Source: Mustelus asterias | Taxonomy: Eukaryota | Reading direction: 5' to 3' | Assembly (NCBI RefSeq): GCF_964213995.1 | Contig: NC_135807.1 | Location: forward strand, 103,478,001-103,542,000 | Length of the DNA stretch: 64,000 bases | Shown: piece by piece, positions 52,301-61,300 of the stretch | Layout: each line of letters begins with the position of its first letter | Numbering within the stretch: position 1 is the first letter of the stretch | Translations under genes and position numbers: made by a program | Notes under the pieces: generated by a model | The model's input: the letters and a program-made list of their open reading frames with translations, nothing else | The model's database searches: none | What the model was told of the DNA's origin: nothing

Positions 52301-55300
52301 CCAATGCCAGCATCTCCACATCATGTCTTCGAGAGGAACCGCAGGGAGTAATCCCATGCATCTGCTGCCCTCGCCCTTCTAGGTGTCAGAGGCCTCATGT
52401 TTAAAAAGTGCTTTGAAGGACCGTTAGAGAGTTCAGCAGTGCATTTTGCATATAATGCTGCCATTGTGCATTGTTGGCAGAGGGAATTAATGTTTAAGGT
52501 GCTGGATGGGTGCCAACCAAGTGGGCTGCTTTGCCGTGTATGGTGTCGAGTTTCTTGAGTGTTGCTGGAGCTGCGCTCATCCAGGCAAGTGGAGAGTATT
52601 CCATCGCACTCCTGACTTGTGCCTTGCAGATATTTGACAAGCTTCGGGGAGTTACTTACAGCAGAATTCCCAACCTCTGACCTGCTCTCATAGGTGCAGT
52701 ATTTATACAGCCGATGAGTTCAGTTTCTGGTCAATGACGACCCCCAGTATGTTGATTGTGGCGGATTCAGTGATGGCAATTCCATTTAATGTCAAGGGGT
52801 AATGGCTAGATTCTCTCTCATTGGAGATGGTCATTGATTCCCAGTGGTGCAATGCAAATGTTACTTGCCACTTCTTAGCCCAAGCCTGAATATTGTCTAG
52901 GTCTTGCTGCATTTGGACACGGACTGCATCAGTGTCTGACGAGTCAGGAGTGGTGCTGAACATTGTGCAATCATGAGTGAACATGCCTACTTCTGACCTT
53001 TTGTTGGAAGGAAGATCATTGATGAAGCAGCTGAAAATGACTGGGCTGAAGATCCGAACACCTGCAGCGATGCTCTGGGACTGAGATGAATGACCTTCAA
53101 TGACTACAACCACCTTCCTTTGAGACAGTGATGACACCAACCCATCGGGGATGCCTCCATCCAAAAAATTTCCATTGTTTTGTTCGGACTCCTGGATGTC
53201 ACACTTGCCTTAATGTCAAAGGCAGACACACTCATTTCACCTCGAGTTCAGCTCTTTGTCCATATTTGAACCAAGGCTATAATGAGATCAGGAGCTGAGT
53301 GGCCCTGGCAGAATCCAAACTGAGCAGCAGTGAGTAAGTTACTGCTGAGTAAGTGCAGCTTCATGATACTGTTGATGACATCTTCCATCACTGATAATCG
53401 AGAGTAGACTGATGGGGTGGTAATTGGCTGGGTTGGATTTGTCCTGCTTTTTGTGGACAAGACATACCTGGGAAATTTTCCACATTTCTGGGTAAATGCC
53501 AGTGTTCTAACTGCACCGGAAGAGTTTAGTTAGGGGTGCAGCAAGTTCTGGAGCATAAGTCTTCAATACTGTTGCCAGAATGTTGTCAGTCCCAAAGGCT
53601 TTGCAGTATCCAGTGCCTTCAGCTGTTCCTTGATATCATGCGAAGTGAATTGAATTAGCTTAAGACTGGGATCTATGATGCTGAGGATGTCAATAAGCTG
53701 CCAAGCATTTGAGATTTTTATTTGCTCCACTGTTGCTGGTGTACCTTGAACTGCCTGGGGCCAGAATGCTGGAAATCCTTCCCAAAAACTTACTTTCTTC
53801 CTTCAAGATGTTCCTTAAAGATTACCCCTCTAACCAAGCTTTTGGATAGCTGCCTTAAAATTGCAATAAGAAGTCTCACAACACCAGGTTAAAGTCCAAC
53901 AGGTTTATTTGGTAGCAAATACCATAAACTTTCGGAGCAATGCTCCTTCGTCAGATGGAGTGGTCTCTGTTCTCAAACAGGGCACAGACACAGAAATCAA
54001 ATTACAGAATACTGATTAGAATGCAAATCTCTACAGCCAGCCAGGTCTTAAACGTACAGACAATGTGGGTGGAGGGAGCATTCAACACAGGTTAAAGAGA
54101 TGTGTATTGTCTCCAGACAGTACAGCTTGTGAAATTGTGCAAGTCCAGGAGGCAAGCTGTGGGGGTTACTGATAATGTGACATAAATCCAACATCCCGGT
54201 TTAGACCGTCCTCATGTGTGCGGAACTTGGCTATCAGTTTCTGCCCAGTGACTCTGCGCTGTCATGTGTCGTGAAGGCCGCCTTGGAGAACGCTTACCTG
54301 AAGATCCAAGGCTGAATGCCCGTGACTGCTGAAGTGCTCCCCCACAGGAAGAGAACAGTCTTGCCTGGTGATTGTCGAGCGGTGTTCATTCATCTGTTGT
54401 TGTAGCGTCTGCATGGTTTCCCCAATGTACCATGCCTCGGGACATCCTTTCTTGCAGCGTATCAGGTAGACAACGTTGGCCGAGTTGCAAGAGTAGGTAC
54501 CGTGTACCTGGTAAGTGGTGTTCTCATGTGAGATGATGGCATCCGTGTTGATGATCCGGCACGTCTTGCAGAGGTTGCTGTGGCAGGGTTGTGTGGTGTC
54601 GTGGTCACTCCACATCATTAAAATTGCAACACATGGCTTTGTGCCAGATTTGTTTCATAATGCTGCTGAATAATGTCTTGGGACATGCTGTTAAAGGGGC
54701 TGCACAATTATAATTTGATGTTGTAATACTGAGGGAATGCTGCACTGAGGTACTGTATTTTGGTGACATTAAACCTGATTAACTTTGCTTTCAGACAGGT
54801 GTAAATGATTCTATGAGGCAAGCAATTCCACTTGGATATCCACATTGCACAACAGTTAGCATCGCTGCCTCATGCGCCAAGGACCTTTGGTTCGGGTCCC
54901 GGCTTGGGTCATTGTCTGTGCGGAATCTGCACGTTCTCCCTGCATAGAACCATAGAAAATTACAGCTCAGAAACAGGCCTTTTGGCCCTTCTTGTCTGTG
55001 CCGAACCATTTTTTGCCTAGTCCCACTGACCTGCACTTGGACCATATACCTCCACACCCCTCTCATCCATGAACCCGTCCAAGTTTTTCTTAAATGTTAA
55101 AAGTGACCCCGCATTTACCACTTTATCCGGCAGCTCATTCCACACTCCCACCACTCTCTGCGTGAAGAAGCCCCCCCTAATATTCCCTTTAAACTTTTCT
55201 CCTTTCACCCTTAACCCATGCCCTCTGGTTGTTTTCTCCCCTAGCCTCAGCGAAAAAAGCCTGCTTGCATTCACTCTATCTATACCCATCAAAATCTTAT

Positions 55301-58300
55301 ACACCTCTATCAAATCTCCCCTCAATCTTCTACGCTCCAGGGAATAAAGTCCCAACCTATTCAATCTCTCTCTGTAACTCAGCTTCTCAAGTCCCGGCAA
55401 CATCCTTGTGAACCTTCTCTGCACTCTTTCAATCTTATTTACATCCTTCCTGTAACTAGGTGACCAAAACTGTACACAATACTCCAAATTCGGCCTCACC
55501 AATGCCTTATATAACCTTACCATAACACTCCAACTTTTATACTCGATACTCCGATTTATAAAGGCCAATGTACCAAAGGCACTCTTTACGACCCTATCCA
55601 CCAGTGACGTCACTTTTAGGGAATTCTGTACCTGTATTCCCAGGTCCCTCTGTTCAACTGCACTCTTCAGAGTCCTACCATTTACCCTGTACGTTCTTCT
55701 TTGGTTTGTCGTTCCAAAGTGCAATATCTCACACTTGTCGGCGTTAAATTCCATTTGCCATTTTTCAGCCCATTTTTCTAGTTGGTCCAAATCCCTCTGC
55801 AAGCTTTGAAAACCTTCCTCACTGTCCACTACACCTCCAATCTTTTGTATCATCAGCAAACTTGCTGATCCAATTTACCACATTATCATCCAGATTATTG
55901 ATATAGATGACAAACAACAATGGACCAAACACCGATCCCTGCGGCACACCACGAGTCACAGGCCTCCACTCAGAAGCAATCCTCCACAACCACTCTCTGG
56001 CTTCTTCCATTGAGCCAGTGTCTTATCCAATTTACTACCTCCCCATGTATACCCAGCGACTGAACCTTCCTAACTAACCTCCCATGAGGGACCTTGTCAA
56101 AGGCCTTGCTGAAATCCAGGGAGACAACATCCACCGCCATCCCTTCATCCACTTTCCTGGTAACCTCCTCAAAAAACTCTAATAGATTGGTCAAACATGA
56201 CCTACCACGCACAAAGCCATGTTGACTCTCCCTAATAAGTCCCTGTCTATCCAAATATTTGTAGATCCTATCCCTTATCACACCTTCCAATAACTTGTCC
56301 ACCACCGACGTCAAACTTACTGGCCGATAATTTCCCGGATTTCTTTTGGAACCTTTTTTAAACAACGGAACAACATGAGCCACCCTCCAATCATCCGGCA
56401 CCTCCCCCGTGAATACTGACATTTTAAATATGTCTGCCAGGGCCCCTGCAAGTTCAACACTAGCCTCCCTCAAGGTCCGTGGGAATACCCTGTCCGGTCC
56501 TGGGGACGTATCCACTCTGACCTGCCTCAAGACAGCGAGCACCTCCTCCCCTTTAATCTGTAAAGGTTCCATGGCCTCCCTACCAGTTTTCCCTATTTCT
56601 GTAGACTCCATGCCCGTTTCCTCAGTAAATACGGACGCAAAAAAACCATTTAGTATCTCCCCCATCTCTTTTGGTTCCATACACAGTCTACCACTCTGGT
56701 CTTCAAGAGGACCAATTTTATCCCTCACTATCCTTTTGCTCCTAACATACCTATAGAAGCTCTTTGGATTTTCCTTCACTCTGTCTGCCAAAGCAACCTC
56801 ATGTCTTCTTTTAGCCCTCCTGATTTCCCTCTTAAGTAGCTTCTTGCACTTTTTATACTCCTCGAGCATCTGATCTGTTCCTTGCTGCCTGTACATTTCA
56901 TACAACTCTCTCTTCCTCTTAATCAGTGTTACAATCTCCCTCGAGAACCAAGGTTCCTTATTCCTATTTACTTTGCCTTTAATCCTGACAGGAACATACA
57001 AACTCTGCACTCTCAAAATTTCTCCTTTGAAGGCCTCCCACTTTCCATTTACATCCTTACCAGAGAACAGCCTGTGCCAATCCACACTTCCCAGATCCCT
57101 TCTCATGTCATCAAATTTGGCCTTTTTCCAGTTCAGAACTTCAACCCGAGGACCAGATCTATCCTTATCCACGATCAGGTTGAAACTAATGGCATTATGA
57201 TCACTGGATCCAAAGTGTTCCCTCACACTCACATCCATCACCTGCCCTAACTCATTTCCCAATAGGAGATCCAATATCGCATCCTCTCTAGTTGGCACCT
57301 CTATATACTGATGTAGAAAATTCTCCTGAACACATTTTACAAACTCTACCCCGTCTAAACCTTTAACAGTATGCGAGTCCCAATCTATATGTGGAAAATT
57401 AAAATCCCCTACTATCACAACTTTGTGTTTCTTGCAGTTGTCAGCTATCTCTCCGCTGATTTGCTCCTCCAATTCTCGCTGACTATTGGGTGGTCTATAA
57501 TACAACCCCATTAATGTGGTCATACCTTTCCTGTTTCTCAGCTCCACCCATAGGGCCTCTGTAGACAAGCTCCCTAATCTATCCTGCCTGAGTACCGCTG
57601 TAACATTTTCCCTGACCAACAATGCCACCCCCCCACCTTTTATCCCTCTGCCTCTCTCCCGCCTGAAACATTGGAACCCTGGAACATTGAGCTGCCAGTC
57701 CTGCCCCTCCTGTAGCCAAGTTTCACTAATGGCTATAATGTCATATTTCCACGTGTCTATCCACGCCTTCAGCTCATCTGCCTTCCCCACAATACTCCTG
57801 GCATTGAAATAGACACACCTCAAAAAATTATTTCCACCACACTCTACCCTTCCATTTGTGATTTTGCTTGAACTAACCTGTCTTTTTACCCCTGCTCCAC
57901 TATCTGCTCTGGCGCTCTGGTTCCCACCCCCCTGCAAATCTAGTTTAAACGCTCCCCAATAACACTAGCAAATCTCCCTGCAAGTATATTGGTCCCCTTG
58001 TAGTTTAGGTGTAACCCGTCTCTCTTGTGCAGGTCCCACCTGCCCCAGAAGAGGTCCCAATGATCCAAGAATTGAAGAGCATCTGCGTGGGTTTCCTCTG
58101 GATGCTCCGGTTTCCTCCCCATTGTCCGAAAGTCGTGCTGGTTAGGTGCATTAGCCATGCTAAATTCTCCCTCAGTACTTGAACAGGCGCTGGAGTGTGG
58201 CGACTAAGGAATTTTCACAGTAACTTCATTGCAGTGTTAATGTAAGCCTACTTGTGACATGAATAAACTTTTTTTAAAAAGCTCATCTTTATGAAAAGCT

Positions 58301-61300
58301 ACCAGACGTTTCATCATCTACTCTTTCAAGTGTCTTCTCATAAATTATCAGCAGATTTTAGGTTCATTGACTCATAGAATCACTGAATAATTTCTCTCCC
58401 CTTTTTTGAAGAATGGTGTTATTATTACTTCTAAACCCTCAAGCTTTAACTAGATTGCAACTAATTCTCTCAAAATAGTACCAAGGATGTGACCAGGAAC
58501 AGAAGCTAGTTCTTCAAGTATCCTTGTATGAAATTATCCAGGTCTTGTACCTTGCTACACAAAAACTTCCTTGATTTATTTTAGTACGCCCTCAGTTCTT
58601 TGCATTACCTCATCCAAAAATACAGTTATGTACTCAGGAGACTGCCCAGGGAGCACAGCAAACAGAGGAGAATAATCGCTGAGGATACATACTATTCTTT
58701 GGTCATTTGTTAAATCCCTTTGGCATCTTTCAATGGGCCACAATTCACAATTTCATCTGGGTAATATTTATATAAAAGCTTGACATTTCATTTCAAATTT
58801 ACTGTTATCCAATATCTTTCCAATTCAGCTTACCTCACCTGTATCTTTGCCTTCTTGACTCTCTATTCACCTCGTTCCACCACGCTACTCACAGTATTAT
58901 AATTGAGAAAAAATAAATTGCCCTTATTCCTTAAGTAACTACTAACATCACTTATATTGGATTTTCCCTCTCTGTTCCAGTTACACGCCCCTAACAGCCT
59001 CCTCTATGGACGTCCAATTGTCCTGTATTAGAATTGTCCAACACACAACTGCGGCCTGAGTCTGACTCACTCAAGGTTTCTGTCTGGTCTGCCAATGAAG
59101 TCAATCCAAATGCTCGATTCAATGTGACCTCGCCATGAGGAATACAGAGAAGCAAACAACCTCTGTTTTTGAGATATCCAGCATCCTTCCTGATAAATGC
59201 TCAAGTAATTAAGGGATGCTGTGACCTTACTTCCTGACATTTCACAATTGGCAGTATTAAGATGAGCTGCTGCAGAAGCAACTCCACCAGATGCTACATT
59301 GGATGGGGAAAGCCATTATGCGGATCATGACTGTCTACTCCACTTGACAGATCATTGGGCAGATTGAATGGGTGTGCAGGAGGGCAGTTAGCATCAAAAG
59401 AGACTGCTTTGATGATGTGCATAGGTGGAAAGAGTTGGAGATATGAATTATCACTGTAAAATATGCCCTACTACAGAAAACGGTAAGTGTTCTAAAAAAA
59501 GTGTGAAAGGGGGAAATCGCTTAGTGACATATAGACATATCCCAACTATGAAGGATAGAAGAAATGGTGGACGCTTCTACATTAGACCAACTGATGAGGT
59601 CTTCGAATGTAATCCTCTAATATAATCTCATTCTCTGGGAGTCAAGACAGTGTTTACATGGAAAAATACCTTTCTTCCCTTCCAGAATAGAATATCCTTG
59701 ATGACCACATCTGCAGTCAGATCAGAGAAATGCCTGGTAGGCTCCTGTTCCATGTTCCTAATTGCACTGAATTCTCTTGCTCAAAATATACATCTCTTCT
59801 AATGACAAGCCTTTAAGTCTCCAGAGCAGCACTAATGCTTTTTGCACCACTCCTCCCTTCCATCTTAAATAGATAATCATCGTGTCAGTCAAGCTGTAAA
59901 CAGGACTGACTTTGGAAACTTGCATGCGGTCAGGTCTTGTTTTACACTGCTCTCTTCCTCTCTATCCCATGAGATTCCTCAGTGGGAGAAAATAAGCTGC
60001 TGGAAGACAATTAGAGATCCCTGGGATGGAACTACGGCAACATTTCCTGGGTGCTGAAGCAAGAGGACTCTGCAATGTTACTAGATGAAATGCGTTGTGG
60101 CTGCTAAGTGCTGCACATTATCACATAATGGTATCTTTGACGGAGTTAGCTGTATGTAATGGATGTACAATTGCCCTCAGACACAGTTCCATCATTCAAG
60201 TTAATGCCAGTCATTTCCATGCCACTGAGCATTCCCTCAAAATGGATGTTACTTGCACCATTCTCAGCCTTTATCACCACCATTTACATTCCCTTTCTCT
60301 TTTGTCGCTGACACCGTAGTCAATTACACAATCCCCTAGTTGGGCAGTTCTGGAATTAACATCTGAGGAAGGATATACTGGCCTTAGAGGGAGTGCAACA
60401 TAAGAGAACATTTCAGAATAATAGCCAACTCCAAGGACTAAACCATGAGTTATTACACAAAATAAGTTGCACTGCCTGAAATTTAGCACATTAAAGGATG
60501 ATTTAGTCAAAATTGACAAGGTATTAAGGGGAACAGATAAGTTAGAGACTGGTTGGCGAGTCTCAGACAGATAATTCTGTAGCACAGTTTCAAGACTGAG
60601 ACTTTAACTAAAATCTTTGAATTGAAAAATTTTTACACTCAAGAAAATTTGAAAACATCTGCTATCCCATAAGCTTCCATTGACATTAAATAATTTAATA
60701 ACATCTGTTACAAACATGTGATTATGATATTTCAGGTTTTAAGGATAACTATTTGAAAGGTACATTTTTGTTTTCAAACCTTTACATCAAGCTTAAAAAT
60801 CTTCTCCAAAATGGAAGGATGGACACACAACTTAGCACCTTTCTGTGTTTGTTGTTTAAATTCTTGTCAGACTGGTATTTCGAGAACGGGCTACAAAGAG
60901 TCATTAAAATGCAAAGACTCCTCTAGGGGATGCCCACGGAATCTTCTAAAAAGCTTAAACAACTATTTTACTTCTGAGGGATCAGGAGCAAGGCAGAGAC
61001 TTTGAAGGGCCACAATATAATTAACTTATTTTCCTGGTGAAACACTGGCATATTGGAAATTAACACAGCAGCCATTTTGCATTTTCTGAACTGTATAAAG
61101 GAGGCTGTAAGAAGCCATCTTGAAAGACATGGTGCAAAAGCCCCTGGAAGAACTGTGACAAGGACAAAGAGTAAGATATTAAGAAATCAACTATTGTTCT
61201 GCCAAAAGAGTCCAAGCCATCTGTAACTGCAGAATTAGTGAGGAATCGGAAAGATTTATCTCAAAAATCTGATCAGCTGACTCCATCTGAAAAGACAAAC

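Larger units (their letters stand above)
52000..53690 (-). mobile_element. Decayed LINE RT region of the same second family
   Basis: ORFs 53248..53460 ([14 protein letters not shown]) and 52703..53164 ([10 protein letters not shown]...MFTHDCT). Confidence 0.7.

Noticed and set aside
56409-57812. Plus-strand ORFs of 75-122 aa, and similar ones at 7289 and 48412
   Set aside because: They are antisense shadows of CR1 ORF2.
59425-59625. Cys-containing 66-aa ORF
   Set aside because: No recognisable domain or splice context; it lies in apparently decayed repeat sequence.
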